From Patescibacteria group bacterium (GTDB lineage Bacteria; Patescibacteriota; Patescibacteriia; JAHJFT01): a DNA stretch of 64,000 nucleotides. Of the stretch, positions 37,921-47,930 are shown in pieces. Below the pieces are notes generated by a model. It was given only the letters and a program-made list of their open reading frames with translations. It was not told where the DNA came from and ran no database searches. Positions within the stretch are counted from its first letter, which is position 1. The number at the start of each line of letters is the position of its first letter. The DNA lies in the NCBI GenBank assembly GCA_028710985.1, contig JAQTTB010000001.1, forward strand, positions 88,021 to 152,020, read 5' to 3'. The translations under genes were made by a program, and so were the position numbers.

Positions 37921-39270
37921 TTATTCAGTTCCCTGCCCGAGCTTTTTCAGAACCTCGCGGACCGCCTTTTTCTGGTCAACGATTTCCTGGATGCCAGCCT
38001 CCATGTCCCGAATTAGAATTGTGCCGTCCAACACCTCTTTTTGACCTAAGATTAGCGAAAATTTAACTCCGAGACGATTGGCAACTTCAAGCTGGGCTTT
38101 GAGCGAATCCTTGGAAAAAGCTTCAGACAACTTGATGCCTGCCCGGCGAAAATCTTCAAAAAGGCTGATTGCCTTGATACGCGCCTGTTCGCCAAGCTGG
38201 GCAAAAAATATTTTGGGCACTTCATACTCAGGAACCGGGATATTTTTGTCTTTGAGATGACTCACCACTCTCTCCACCCCGATCGCGAATCCGCAGGCCG
38301 GGGTTGGCCGACCGCCCAGAGTTTCAACCAATAAATCGTATCGCCCGCCGCCGCCCAACGCCGACTGGCGCAATTCCTCATCTTCATCCTCAGACCATAT
38401 TTCAAAAACCGTACGGGTATAGTAATCCAGTCCGCGAACTAAGAATGGGTTAAGAATATACGGAACTTCGGCCTCATCCAGGCATTCAAGCACTTTCATG
38501 AAATGATTTTTACTATCCTCGTCCAGCCAATCCACGATCTGAGGCGCCTCGCCCCTAATCCCCTGGCAGCCGGGCTCCTTGCAGTCCAAAAGACGCAACG
38601 GATTTTTGTTCAGCCGTTTCTTGCATTCCTCGCACAACTGGCCGCGGTGCGCCCGGTAATAATTAACCAGCTCAACCTTGAACGCCTGCCTTGACTCCGG
38701 CATGCCCAGGCTGTTTATCTGCACCGTTACCGGCAGGCCCAGTTCTTTAAAAAAATTGTAAGCAATGACAATAAGTTGGGCATCAACCACCGAACTCGCT
38801 TCGCCGACTGCCTCAAGCCCAAACTGGTGAAATTCCCGATAGCGACCGGACTGCGGCCGGTCGTGGCGGAACATCGGCCCCCAATACCATAGTTTGACCG
38901 GCTGCGGCAAATTGAGCATGCCGTGATTGACGTACGCCCGGACGATTGAAGCCGTTGCCTCGGGACGCAATGAAACGTTGTCTCCGCTCATATCTTGAAA
39001 AGAATATAGTTCTTTTTCCACAATATCCGTATCGCGGCCCACCGAACGGATGAATAAAGTCGTTTCCTCCAAAACCGGGGTCTCAATTCGGCCATATGAA
39101 TAATCCCGCGCCAATTTACTTATTATATTATAAATGTGGCTCCAGTATTTTTCTTCAGCGGGCAGAACATCCTTCATGCCGCGCAAAAGCTGAGGCATGT
39201 GGCTCTGCCGTTTTGCCGGCACCGCCTTTGGCTTAGCCGGTCCTTTATCAATTTTTGCTTTTTTGACCAT
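37921..39270 (-). CDS. hisS: Histidine--tRNA ligase
   Basis: LRPEATAS, GRYREFHQ, LVRGLDYY, GGGRYD. Confidence 0.97.
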   Translation of the reverse strand: MVKKAKIDKGPAKPKAVPAKRQSHMPQLLRGMKDVLPAEEKYWSHIYNIISKLARDYSYGRIETPVLEETTLFIRSVGRDTDIVEKELYSFQDMSGDNVSLRPEATASIVRAYVNHGMLNLPQPVKLWYWGPMFRHDRPQSGRYREFHQFGLEAVGEASSVVDAQLIVIAYNFFKELGLPVTVQINSLGMPESRQAFKVELVNYYRAHRGQLCEECKKRLNKNPLRLLDCKEPGCQGIRGEAPQIVDWLDEDSKNHFMKVLECLDEAEVPYILNPFLVRGLDYYTRTVFEIWSEDEDEELRQSALGGGGRYDLLVETLGGRPTPACGFAIGVERVVSHLKDKNIPVPEYEVPKIFFAQLGEQARIKAISLFEDFRRAGIKLSEAFSKDSLKAQLEVANRLGVKFSLILGQKEVLDGTILIRDMEAGIQEIVDQKKAVREVLKKLGQGTE

Positions 39271-39284
39271 ATCCTTGGAAATAT

Positions 39285-39893
39285 TTATATATTATACTCC
39301 GGTGATTGAAACATCTTGAGCTTATTGACCGGCCAGCCGCGCAGCCAAACCCGCCCGACGATATAATCGCGGTTTACCGGCCCGAAACTCCGCGAGTCAA
39401 GGCTCGAACCGCGGTTATCACCCAACACATAATATTCATCGCCTCTTAGTTTTACCTTCTTCTGACCGGCAGTATAGACATTTTCAAGATATTCTTCCTG
39501 CATTTCTGTGCCTTCGGCGTTACCTTCATTATAGACAAATACCTGGCCGTCTTTGATTTCGATTGTTTCATTCGGCAATCCAATCACCCTTTTTATAAAA
39601 TACTGCTTCGGATCGGCCGGATACCGAAAAACAATAATGTCACCGCGATCCGGATCGCCGAGGCGGTAACTCAATTCATCGATAATCAAATATTCGTGAT
39701 CATAAAAATTCGGCTCCATGGAAGCGCCCTTCACGTAAAAAGGCTGTATCAAAAAGTAGCGGATCGGAATAATAATTGCGAGCGAAATCGCCACGACCTG
39801 GACAATCTCAAAAATAAAACCAACTGCAACCGCGGCCGTGCTCTTTGGCCTAAGAATTTCCTCTTCCGGCTTATTTTTCTTAAAAAATCCCAT
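39285..39893 (-). CDS. lepB: Signal peptidase I
   Basis: GASMEP, FIKRVIGLP, GDNRGSSLDSR; start reassigned to MGFFKK. Confidence 0.95.
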   Translation of the reverse strand: MGFFKKNKPEEEILRPKSTAAVAVGFIFEIVQVVAISLAIIIPIRYFLIQPFYVKGASMEPNFYDHEYLIIDELSYRLGDPDRGDIIVFRYPADPKQYFIKRVIGLPNETIEIKDGQVFVYNEGNAEGTEMQEEYLENVYTAGQKKVKLRGDEYYVLGDNRGSSLDSRSFGPVNRDYIVGRVWLRGWPVNKLKMFQSPEYNI

Positions 39894-39932
39894 AAAGTAA
39901 TTTTGATATTTGTTATTCTCGGGCTCGCTCCA

Positions 39933-40066
39933 TGGTGGGCAACGTCCCGACCCGTCGGGACGACCTTTCCGAATGATTTTAGACAATGGGCAACGCTGGA
40001 CTCTCCGCCCGAGGCGGACCCGCCCCTGGCGGGGAACCAGCGACCTTTCCGAATGATTTTAGACAA
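39933..40066 (-). pseudogene. Two tandem tRNA-Val 3' fragments, each with the T-arm disrupted by a different palindrome
   Basis: CGACCTTTCCGAATGATTTTAGACAATGGGCAACGCTGGACTC is repeated; inserts at 39945-39960 and 40004-40033. Confidence 0.9.
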
Positions 40067-40140
40067 TGGGCAACGCTGGACTCGAACCAGCGACCTTTCC
40101 GATGTGAACGGAACGCTCTAACCAGCTGAGCTAGTTGCCC
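40067..40140 (-). tRNA. tRNA-Val(CAC)
   Basis: GGGCAAC...TTCCG-TTCACAT-CGGAA...TTCGAGT...GTTGCCC-A. Confidence 0.96.
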
Positions 40141-40282
40141 GGACGATTATTCCCCAATATATCACGCCGTGAGCTAAAAATCAAGCCGTAAAATATCAGG
40201 AAATTAAGCCATCCGCCACTACTGGAAAAATATCCGGAAATGTACTATAATTTACCCAAAACAACATAATATCCACAAAGCA

Positions 40283-41758
40283 ATGAGCGTCGACCTCCTC
40301 CCGGACAACAAACTCTCCGAATCCAGAAAGGGATTATTTTTTTTCGGCAGAATATTCATTATCGTGCTGATAATCTTTGCAGTAACGGCCGGAGTTTTTT
40401 CTTATAAAATCGTCGCCTCCGAACAAGCGGCCGACGAGGGCATCATGAGCCGCATTTCCCGTTTGCCGGTGTTTAGCGGCCTCAAATTCCTGACCGGCAC
40501 AGCCGAGCGCGGCCTGCGCGGTCAGAACGAAAATCGCATTAATTTTCTTCTGCTCGGAATCGGCGGCGCCGGCCACGAAGGCCCGGATCTCACCGATACG
40601 ATCATCATGGCGAGCCTCCGCCCCTCCGACGGCCGTGTCTCAATGCTTTCCATACCGCGCGATCTTTCCGTGGATATCCCCGGATACGGATGGCGGAAAA
40701 TCAATCATGCCAATGCGTTCGGCGAATGGGACAAAGAAGGCCAGGGCCCGATCCTCGCAAGTCAGGTCGTTTCCAATATCACTGGCCAGCCAATACATTA
40801 CTACGTTCGCGTAGATTTTGACGGCTTCGTTGAATTCATTAACGAAATCGGCGGCATTGATGTTTATGTGGAAAAAAGCTTCACCGATTATTCTTACCCT
40901 AACGGCGATAATAAATACCAGGTTGTATCCTTTGAGGAGGGCCTGCAAAATATGGACGGCGAAGCGGCTTTAAAATTCGTGCGGTCGCGCCATGGCACCA
41001 ACGGCGAGGCTTCGGATTTTGCGCGAAGCCGCCGCCAGCAGCTCGTCATCGCCGCGGTAAAAAACAAAATACTGACGCCGTCGGTTATGCTGAATCCAAA
41101 AAAAATCTTAAGCCTTTATGAATCCGTACAAAAAAGCGTTGAAACGAATCTGACTACCCGCGAAATCTTGCTTCTTGCAAACATTGGATTGCGCGTCGAT
41201 GCGAATAATATCGACAACATCGTACTCGATGCCGGTCCGTCAAGTCCGCTCTACGCCACAAGCATCGACGGCGCCTACATGATATTGCCGCGGGGCGGGA
41301 CCTGGGACAATGTGCGCGCGATCGCCGCCAATATGTTTGAAAAAAATTCCGACGGATCCGCACAGACTTCAACCGGAGCGGCCGGAACCGGAGAGCCGGA
41401 AAAAATCCGCGTTGAAATCCAGAACGGCACTGCTCTTTCCGGCCTCGCCTACTCGGCATCCATGCTGCTCAAAGAAAATAATTTTGAAATCGTAAAAATC
41501 GGCAATGCCGAAAAGCGAGATTTCGCAAAAAGCGTCGTTTTTGATCTGACCCAGGGAAAAAAATCCGAAGATCTTGCCCTTCTGCGCTCGCTACTCGCGG
41601 CCGATGTCTCCATCTCTACCTCGGGCTGGATATTCACATCAACTATCGTACCGAGCGAGGTGACGCTCACTGACGAAAATTCAAAGATTAAAACCACGGC
41701 CGAAAATGTTGATTTTCTGGTTATCCTCGGCATGGAAAGTAAAAATATTCTACAATGA
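40283..41758 (+). CDS. LCP family glycopolymer transferase with LytR C-terminal domain
   Basis: LTDTII, SIPRD, KINHA, ALKFVRSRH, SDFARSRRQQ; VEIQNGT. Confidence 0.93.
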   Translation: MSVDLLPDNKLSESRKGLFFFGRIFIIVLIIFAVTAGVFSYKIVASEQAADEGIMSRISRLPVFSGLKFLTGTAERGLRGQNENRINFLLLGIGGAGHEGPDLTDTIIMASLRPSDGRVSMLSIPRDLSVDIPGYGWRKINHANAFGEWDKEGQGPILASQVVSNITGQPIHYYVRVDFDGFVEFINEIGGIDVYVEKSFTDYSYPNGDNKYQVVSFEEGLQNMDGEAALKFVRSRHGTNGEASDFARSRRQQLVIAAVKNKILTPSVMLNPKKILSLYESVQKSVETNLTTREILLLANIGLRVDANNIDNIVLDAGPSSPLYATSIDGAYMILPRGGTWDNVRAIAANMFEKNSDGSAQTSTGAAGTGEPEKIRVEIQNGTALSGLAYSASMLLKENNFEIVKIGNAEKRDFAKSVVFDLTQGKKSEDLALLRSLLAADVSISTSGWIFTSTIVPSEVTLTDENSKIKTTAENVDFLVILGMESKNILQ

Positions 41759-43098
41759 AAAAAAATACAAAAAAGCCGTTGATCGCCATTGTCGGCCGGA
41801 CCAACGTCGGAAAATCCATGCTCTTCAATAAACTTTCCGAGAGCAATAAGGCTTTGGTTTCCGCCATACCCGGCACGACCCGCGACCGCAATTTTGCCGA
41901 CTGCCTCTGGAGAGGCCTCCTGATTCAGATTATTGACACCGGCGGATATGAGCATGGCGGAACCGGATCAATCACCGCGGGCATAAAAAAACAGATTGAA
42001 TCCGCTCTGCGCGATGCGGATCTGATTTTTTTCGTCGCGAGCATTCAGGACGGAGTTTTGCCCGAAGATATAGAATTCGCAAAACTGGTAAAAAAATTCA
42101 ATAAAAAAGTAATCTTTCTTGCCAATAAGTCCGATAATCAGATGCTGTCCGTGCGGGTTCATGATCCCGAATGGCGCCGCCTCAACCTTGGCGTGCCGCG
42201 TCCGATTTCCGCCGCTTCCGGCGTCGGTCTCGGCGACGCGCTGGATGAGGCCTATGCGGTTTTAAAAAAAATAAAACATCCGCCCCAGCCGATTGATAAA
42301 ATCCAGGCCCTGAAGATTGCCGTCATCGGCAAACCGAATGTGGGAAAATCTTCGCTCACGAATTCCCTGCTCGGCGAAGAACGCATGATTGTGTCGGATA
42401 TCGCGTTTACTACCCGCGAACCGCAGGATACGTTCCTCTCGCTTGAGGGAAAAAATTATCTCATCGTTGACACGGCCGGCATCCGCAAACACGCAAAGAT
42501 ACAAAAAGGCCTTGAAACAAAGGGTGTGGAAAAAACCAAAACCGTTGCCGATATTGTTGACATAATTCTTTTTGTTCTGAATATTTCCGAGCCGATCGGA
42601 GTTCAGGACAAAATGCTCGCGAAACTGGTTGCCGAGTCCGGCAAGGGAGTCATCGTCATCGCGAACAAGTGGGATCTGCTCGAGCGCCACGAAGAAATTG
42701 GCGCCCGGATGAACGAATATATTCACGCCCATCTCCCCCATCTCGCCTGGGCGCCGATTAGTTTTATTTCCGCGAAGTCCGGCCGTAATGTACAAAAAAT
42801 ATTATCAATCGCTGAAACGATTCAAAAAGAACGCGAGCGCACGATTCCGGCCGAAGAGCTTGAATCATTTCTTCGGTCCGCGCTCAAACATTCGCGCCCC
42901 ATCGGCGGCGAAGGCATGACCGTCCCCCCGAAAATCTACGGCATGGCGCAAATCGGCATCGCCCCGCCGGAATTTGAAATAGTTGTAAAAACCAAACACG
43001 TCATCCATCCGAATTATCTCAAATACATAGAAAAACGAATGCGCGAAAAATTCGGTTTTCAAGGAACCCCAATTATAGTAAAATCAAGAAGCAGATAG
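41755..43098 (+). CDS. der: Ribosome biogenesis GTPase Der
   Basis: Two G domains, GRTNVGKS and GKPNVGKS. Confidence 0.96.
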   Translation: MKKNTKKPLIAIVGRTNVGKSMLFNKLSESNKALVSAIPGTTRDRNFADCLWRGLLIQIIDTGGYEHGGTGSITAGIKKQIESALRDADLIFFVASIQDGVLPEDIEFAKLVKKFNKKVIFLANKSDNQMLSVRVHDPEWRRLNLGVPRPISAASGVGLGDALDEAYAVLKKIKHPPQPIDKIQALKIAVIGKPNVGKSSLTNSLLGEERMIVSDIAFTTREPQDTFLSLEGKNYLIVDTAGIRKHAKIQKGLETKGVEKTKTVADIVDIILFVLNISEPIGVQDKMLAKLVAESGKGVIVIANKWDLLERHEEIGARMNEYIHAHLPHLAWAPISFISAKSGRNVQKILSIAETIQKERERTIPAEELESFLRSALKHSRPIGGEGMTVPPKIYGMAQIGIAPPEFEIVVKTKHVIHPNYLKYIEKRMREKFGFQGTPIIVKSRSR

Positions 43099-43100
43099 CT

Positions 43101-43652
43101 ATGATTCTTCTCATCGGCCTGGGCAACCCGGGCGCAAAATACAAAAATACTCCGCACAACCTCGGCTTTGACGCGCTCGACCGGCTGTGCCCGGATTTTA
43201 AATTGAATAAAAAATTCAAATCCCAAATCGCCAAAGGCATTTTTCTGGGCCGGGAGATGCTGCTTGCCAAGCCCCAAACATTCATGAACCTCTCCGGCGC
43301 GAGCGTCAGTGCAATTGCGAACTATTACAAAATAAAACCCAAGGATATCTGGGTTTTTCAGGATGATATTGATTTGCCGCTCGGTAAAATCCGGATCAGC
43401 CGAAACGCGTCGGCCGCCGGCCACCGCGGCGTGGAGAGCATTATTGACGCGCTCGGCACAAAGGATTTTGTCCGCTTCCGCCTGGGCGCCAAAACACCGG
43501 CTTCCGAAAAAATTCCGTCCGAGGATTTTGTGCTGAAAAAATTCTCCAAAGCCGACCGCATCAGGGCCGATAAAATGGTCGGCCTCGCGATTGAAGCGGG
43601 TGAAGCCGCGGCCCAATCCGGCCCTCCAGCGGCCATGAATAAATACAATTAA
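43101..43652 (+). CDS. pth: Peptidyl-tRNA hydrolase
   Basis: GLGNPG, KPQTFMNLSG, GHRG. Confidence 0.96.
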   Translation: MILLIGLGNPGAKYKNTPHNLGFDALDRLCPDFKLNKKFKSQIAKGIFLGREMLLAKPQTFMNLSGASVSAIANYYKIKPKDIWVFQDDIDLPLGKIRISRNASAAGHRGVESIIDALGTKDFVRFRLGAKTPASEKIPSEDFVLKKFSKADRIRADKMVGLAIEAGEAAAQSGPPAAMNKYN

Positions 43653-43757
43653 AAACGCCCGCGGTCCTGCCAACAGAAGCCATTTCTTGTAGCTGGATAG
43701 GAGGGGTGCCCAGCACAAGAAAGACCAGTCGGCAGGAACGCGGGAATTTTTTTATTA
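43652..43757 (-). ncRNA. Candidate ~100-nt hairpin small RNA
   Basis: Long interrupted stem ending in a U-tract, downstream of TTGACA-18-TAAGGT (43762-43791) with no ORF; could instead be only a pth terminator. Confidence 0.45.
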
Positions 43758-43884
43758 TCGAACCTTAGCACGAATAGCCGTAATTTGTCAAGACCAGCGC
43801 CTCTCTTGACCAACCCGCGCATATACTATAATATATATAATCAAACCGCAATTTTGAATTTTTAATTTTGAATTTTTAATTTTT

Positions 43885-44982
43885 GTGTCTCTTCCCGAAA
43901 AAGCCTACTGGGTCGCTTTTGGCCAAATTTCACGCCTCACGCCCGTAAGGTTCAAAAAAATTATTTCCTACTTCCCGTCGCTTGAAACCGCCTGGTTTGC
44001 AAGCCGCGACGAATTTCATCGCGCCGGCCTGGATCAGGAGGCGGTGGATGATTTTTTTATTAAACGCTCCACCCTGAATCCGGCCGAACTCTGGCAAAGG
44101 GTGGTTGACGAGGATATCGCCGTCGCGACAATTAATGATCCAAATTATCCGGCCATACTTAAAGAAATCTATGATCCGCCGCCGTTTCTTTATTACCGCG
44201 GCAATCTTGAAAATCCGGACGAATTCCGCCTTGCCGTGGTCGGCACAAGAAAAACCTCGCCCTACGGACGACAGGTCGCCGAAGAACTAGTGCGCGATCT
44301 CGCGGTGCAAAAACTCTGCATCGTGAGCGGGCTCGCCCTTGGCATCGATTCTCTTGCCCATGAAGCCGCTCTTTCGACCGGTGGCCGCACCATCGCCGTG
44401 CTCGGCTCAGGCCTGGACCGCGCAAGCATCTATCCGCATACCAACCGTCGCTTAGCTGAACGCATCGTTGATTCCGGCGGCGCGGTCGTCTCCGAGCTGC
44501 CGCTTGGTAGCCTCGCGCTCAAGCATCATTTTCCGGCGCGCAACCGCATCATCTCCGGGCTTGCGCTCGGCACGCTCGTGGTTGAAGCCGGCGAAGAATC
44601 CGGTTCGCTCATCACCGCCCGCGCCGCTCTTGACCAGGGACGCGAAGTTTTTGCGGTTCCGGGTCCGATTCATTCCCCGACCGCCGCCGGCCCGAACGCG
44701 CTTATTAAAATGGGCGCCCACCCGGTCACCGAATGGCGCGATATATTGGAAGCGCTGAATTTGAATCAGGTCAAAAATTATATTGAAAACCAGAAAATTC
44801 TCCCAGCCTCGTCCGAAGAGGAAAAAATCCTCGCCCTACTCACCCGCGAGCCAACTCACATTGATGCAATTATCAAACAATGCGGCATCCCGGCCGCCGC
44901 CGTGGCGGGCGCGCTTTCACTCATGGAAATGAAAGGCAAGGTGCGCAATCTCGGCGGAATGAATTACGTACTCGGGAGATAA
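43885..44982 (+). CDS. dprA: DNA-processing protein DprA
   Basis: AVVGTRK, VSGLALGID, FPARNRIISG. Confidence 0.96.
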   Translation: MSLPEKAYWVAFGQISRLTPVRFKKIISYFPSLETAWFASRDEFHRAGLDQEAVDDFFIKRSTLNPAELWQRVVDEDIAVATINDPNYPAILKEIYDPPPFLYYRGNLENPDEFRLAVVGTRKTSPYGRQVAEELVRDLAVQKLCIVSGLALGIDSLAHEAALSTGGRTIAVLGSGLDRASIYPHTNRRLAERIVDSGGAVVSELPLGSLALKHHFPARNRIISGLALGTLVVEAGEESGSLITARAALDQGREVFAVPGPIHSPTAAGPNALIKMGAHPVTEWRDILEALNLNQVKNYIENQKILPASSEEEKILALLTREPTHIDAIIKQCGIPAAAVAGALSLMEMKGKVRNLGGMNYVLGR

Positions 44983-45036
44983 TATTTGCCAAACTCATAC
45001 AAAAAAATATATAATGCATAAAAATAATCATACTCC

Positions 45037-47229
45037 ATGAAACTTCTCATCGTTGAGTCGCCGACAAAAGCAAAAACAATCTCGCGTTTCTTAGGGAGCG
45101 GATTCAATGTCCAGTCTTCTTTTGGACACCTGCGCGATTTGCCGAAAAGCAAAATGGGCGTTGACGTTGAAAATAATTTTGCTCCTTCCTACGTAATTCC
45201 GGCCGATAAACGCAAACAGGTAACGATTCTCAAAAAAGAAGCGGAAAAATCCGATGAAATATATTATGCGACTGACGAAGACCGCGAAGGCGAAGCCATT
45301 GCCTGGCATCTGGCGCAGATCCTGGGCGACGATCCCGCAAAATCCAAAAGAATAACCTTTCACGAGATAACAGAAAGCGCGCTCAAAGAAGCACTCGAAA
45401 ATCCGCACCATATTGATATGAATATGGTTGATGCCCAGCAGGCGCGCCGGATTCTCGACCGCTTGGTCGGCTACGAACTTTCACCATTCTTATGGCGCAA
45501 GGTCGCCAAGGGTTTATCTGCCGGCCGCGTCCAATCCGTGGCCGTCCGCCTCATCGTTGAACGCGAGCGCGAGATCCTGGCTTTTAAACCCGAGGAATAC
45601 TGGACTATCGAAGCCATGCTCGCGAAAATAGGCGGAAAAGGCGATTTCACCGCCCGGCTGAATAGAATCGACGGTAAAACTTTGAACAAGCTCGCTTTAA
45701 AAAATAAAGACCAAGTGCTTCCAATATTGAAAGATCTCCGGTCTGCCGATTATCTGATTAACGACGTGATAAAGAAAGAAATTAAGCGGAATCCCCTGCC
45801 GCCTTACACCACCTCAACGCTCCAGCAGGATGCGAACCGCCGGCACGGATTTTCGGCCAAACAAACCATGATGCTCGCCCAGCAGCTTTACGAAGGCGTG
45901 GAGCTCAGCGGCCGCGGACAAGTCGGTCTTATCACATACATGCGTACCGATTCGGTGAACCTCGCAGAAAAATTCATCGGTCAAGCCAAGGATTTTATAC
46001 AATCCGAATTTGGAAAAGAATATCTGCCTCCGACAACGCGGCGCTTCAAGACAAAGAGCAAACTCGCCCAGGAAGCCCATGAAGCCATCCGTCCGACCGA
46101 CCCGGCTAACCGCCCGAACGATGTAAAAAAATTCTTAAACGCAAACCAATATCGGCTTTACGACCTCATCTGGCGCCGCTCCTTGGCTTCGCAAATGGAG
46201 TCCGCCCATCTCTCGCAAACCACGGCCGATATCAGCGCCGGACGCTTCGAATTGCGCGCCACCGGCTCGGTAATTGATTTCCCCGGGTTTCTCAAAGCCT
46301 ACGGCGAATATAGCGAAACAAATATTCTACCCCCGCTTGAAAAAGGTGAGAAGCTTAATCTCAAAGAACTTCTGGACAAACAGCACTTTACCGAACCAGC
46401 CGCCCGGTATTCCGACGCCACGCTCGTCAAGGCCCTGGAAGAATATGGCATCGGCCGGCCTTCAACCTACGCTCCGACCATCGCCACCATCATTGAAAGA
46501 AACTACGTGACGCGCGATGAAAAAAAACGGCTCGCACCCACAGAAATGGCTTTTATCGTGAACGACATACTCTGCGAACATTTTCCGCAAATTGTTGATT
46601 TTAAATTCACTGCCGAAATGGAAGAAAACCTTGACGGAATCGCCGAGGGCAAAAAAGGCTGGACGCCAGTATTGAAAGAATTCTACGTTCCATTCCATAA
46701 AAACCTTCTGGAGAAAGAAAAAGAACTTACGAAAAAAGAATTAACCGAAGAGCCGACCGGAGAAGCTTGTGAAAAATGCGGCAAACCGATGATTAAAAAA
46801 ATCGGCCGATTTGGCGCGTTCCTCGCCTGTAGCGGATTTCCCGAATGTCGCAACACCAAACCGATTGGCGGCGAATCCGAAATTCCGGCGACCGACGAAA
46901 AATGCGAGCAGTGCGGCGCGCCGCTCGTGACGAAGCACGGCCGGTTTGGCGCGTTCCTCGCCTGCTCGCGTTATCCAGATTGCAAGTACATCAAAAAAAC
47001 CCAAAAATCAACCGGAGTAAAATGTCCGTCATGCAAAGAGGGAGACATAATTTCTCGGCGCTCCAAGCGCGGCAAAATTTTCTACGGCTGCAGCCGCTAC
47101 CCAAAATGCGACTTTGCCCTGTGGCAAAGGCCGACCGGCGAGATCTGTCCTAAGTGCAGCTCTCTTATCGTTCAAAAAAATCAAAAGCAAGTCGCCTGCT
47201 CCAATAAAGACTGCGATTTTATAAAATAA
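45037..47229 (+). CDS. topA: DNA topoisomerase I
   Basis: IVESPTKAK, DEDREGE, SAGRVQS, ITYMRTD, C-terminal Zn ribbons. Confidence 0.98.
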   Translation: MKLLIVESPTKAKTISRFLGSGFNVQSSFGHLRDLPKSKMGVDVENNFAPSYVIPADKRKQVTILKKEAEKSDEIYYATDEDREGEAIAWHLAQILGDDPAKSKRITFHEITESALKEALENPHHIDMNMVDAQQARRILDRLVGYELSPFLWRKVAKGLSAGRVQSVAVRLIVEREREILAFKPEEYWTIEAMLAKIGGKGDFTARLNRIDGKTLNKLALKNKDQVLPILKDLRSADYLINDVIKKEIKRNPLPPYTTSTLQQDANRRHGFSAKQTMMLAQQLYEGVELSGRGQVGLITYMRTDSVNLAEKFIGQAKDFIQSEFGKEYLPPTTRRFKTKSKLAQEAHEAIRPTDPANRPNDVKKFLNANQYRLYDLIWRRSLASQMESAHLSQTTADISAGRFELRATGSVIDFPGFLKAYGEYSETNILPPLEKGEKLNLKELLDKQHFTEPAARYSDATLVKALEEYGIGRPSTYAPTIATIIERNYVTRDEKKRLAPTEMAFIVNDILCEHFPQIVDFKFTAEMEENLDGIAEGKKGWTPVLKEFYVPFHKNLLEKEKELTKKELTEEPTGEACEKCGKPMIKKIGRFGAFLACSGFPECRNTKPIGGESEIPATDEKCEQCGAPLVTKHGRFGAFLACSRYPDCKYIKKTQKSTGVKCPSCKEGDIISRRSKRGKIFYGCSRYPKCDFALWQRPTGEICPKCSSLIVQKNQKQVACSNKDCDFIK

Positions 47230-47284
47230 AAAATCGCCCCGGCGTACGGGTCGCATATATGCGATGCCCCGAGGCGATTTTTTT
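47228..47284. terminator. Bidirectional terminator with a palindrome in its loop
   Basis: AAAAAATCGCC...GGCGATTTTTTT enclosing TCGCATATATGCGA. Confidence 0.75.
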
Positions 47285-47804
47285 ATTTCTTTTTTCCAGT
47301 CTCCAGGATATCAGCGATGCCGCCAAGATATTTCTTAAGCCAATGATCCCAAATCGTTGCCTTTATAACTTTATACGCACCGTAAATCAAAACCCCGGCC
47401 GCAATAAACGGCGCGGCAGCCAATCCCTTGCCATACCCGGAAATAACTGAGCCTCTTTTTATATCCTTGCGCACTTTTTTTTCTTCCGCCTTATCAAATC
47501 TTTGCTCAGCGTCATTTTCTCTTACCGGAAGCGCTTCAATCTGCTTTTTTACTTTAGCAACCCCTTCTTCAACCGCTTTCTCTTCAGCCTTGGCCCGTTG
47601 TTTCTTCTCTTTATTTGACTCTCCCGCAGCTTCTTTCTCCTCCCGTTCTTTCTCGCCGGATTCCTTGGCGCGCGCCAAAACATCAACCGACTCCTCCGGA
47701 GTCCCCGGTGTTTTACTTTCTTGACGCTCTTTTTCACCAGCCGCTTTGGCGCTGGCCAGGACATCAACCGACTCCTCCGGAGTCCTTGGATAACCCTCTG
47801 GCAT
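47283..47804 (-). CDS. Charged hypothetical protein with an internal duplication and C-terminal TM
   Basis: TPEESVDVLA occurs twice (25-bp exact repeats at 47680 and 47761). Confidence 0.7.
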   Translation of the reverse strand: MPEGYPRTPEESVDVLASAKAAGEKERQESKTPGTPEESVDVLARAKESGEKEREEKEAAGESNKEKKQRAKAEEKAVEEGVAKVKKQIEALPVRENDAEQRFDKAEEKKVRKDIKRGSVISGYGKGLAAAPFIAAGVLIYGAYKVIKATIWDHWLKKYLGGIADILETGKKK

Positions 47805-47930
47805 AAAAATTAGAATAATTATTTATTTATATAAGTATTACATGATAAGGGTCAGTTTGTCAAAAAAATTCCCGCCCGAGAGGGGTGTGGACATTTTATC
47901 AAATCGCGGTATATAATAAAAAATACCTCT

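Noticed and set aside
39894-39986. N-terminal extension of LepB
   Set aside because: Derived from tRNA fragments and palindromes
39933-40102. CRISPR-like repeat-spacer pattern
   Set aside because: The repeats are tRNA-Val 3' sequence, there are only 2-3 units, and no cas genes are present
43652-43757. SRP (4.5S) or 6S RNA assignment
   Set aside because: No SRP domain IV motif and too short for 6S; kept only as an unassigned candidate
47680-47785. 25-bp direct repeat as a mobile-element end
   Set aside because: In-frame duplication with a 27-codon period inside a CDS
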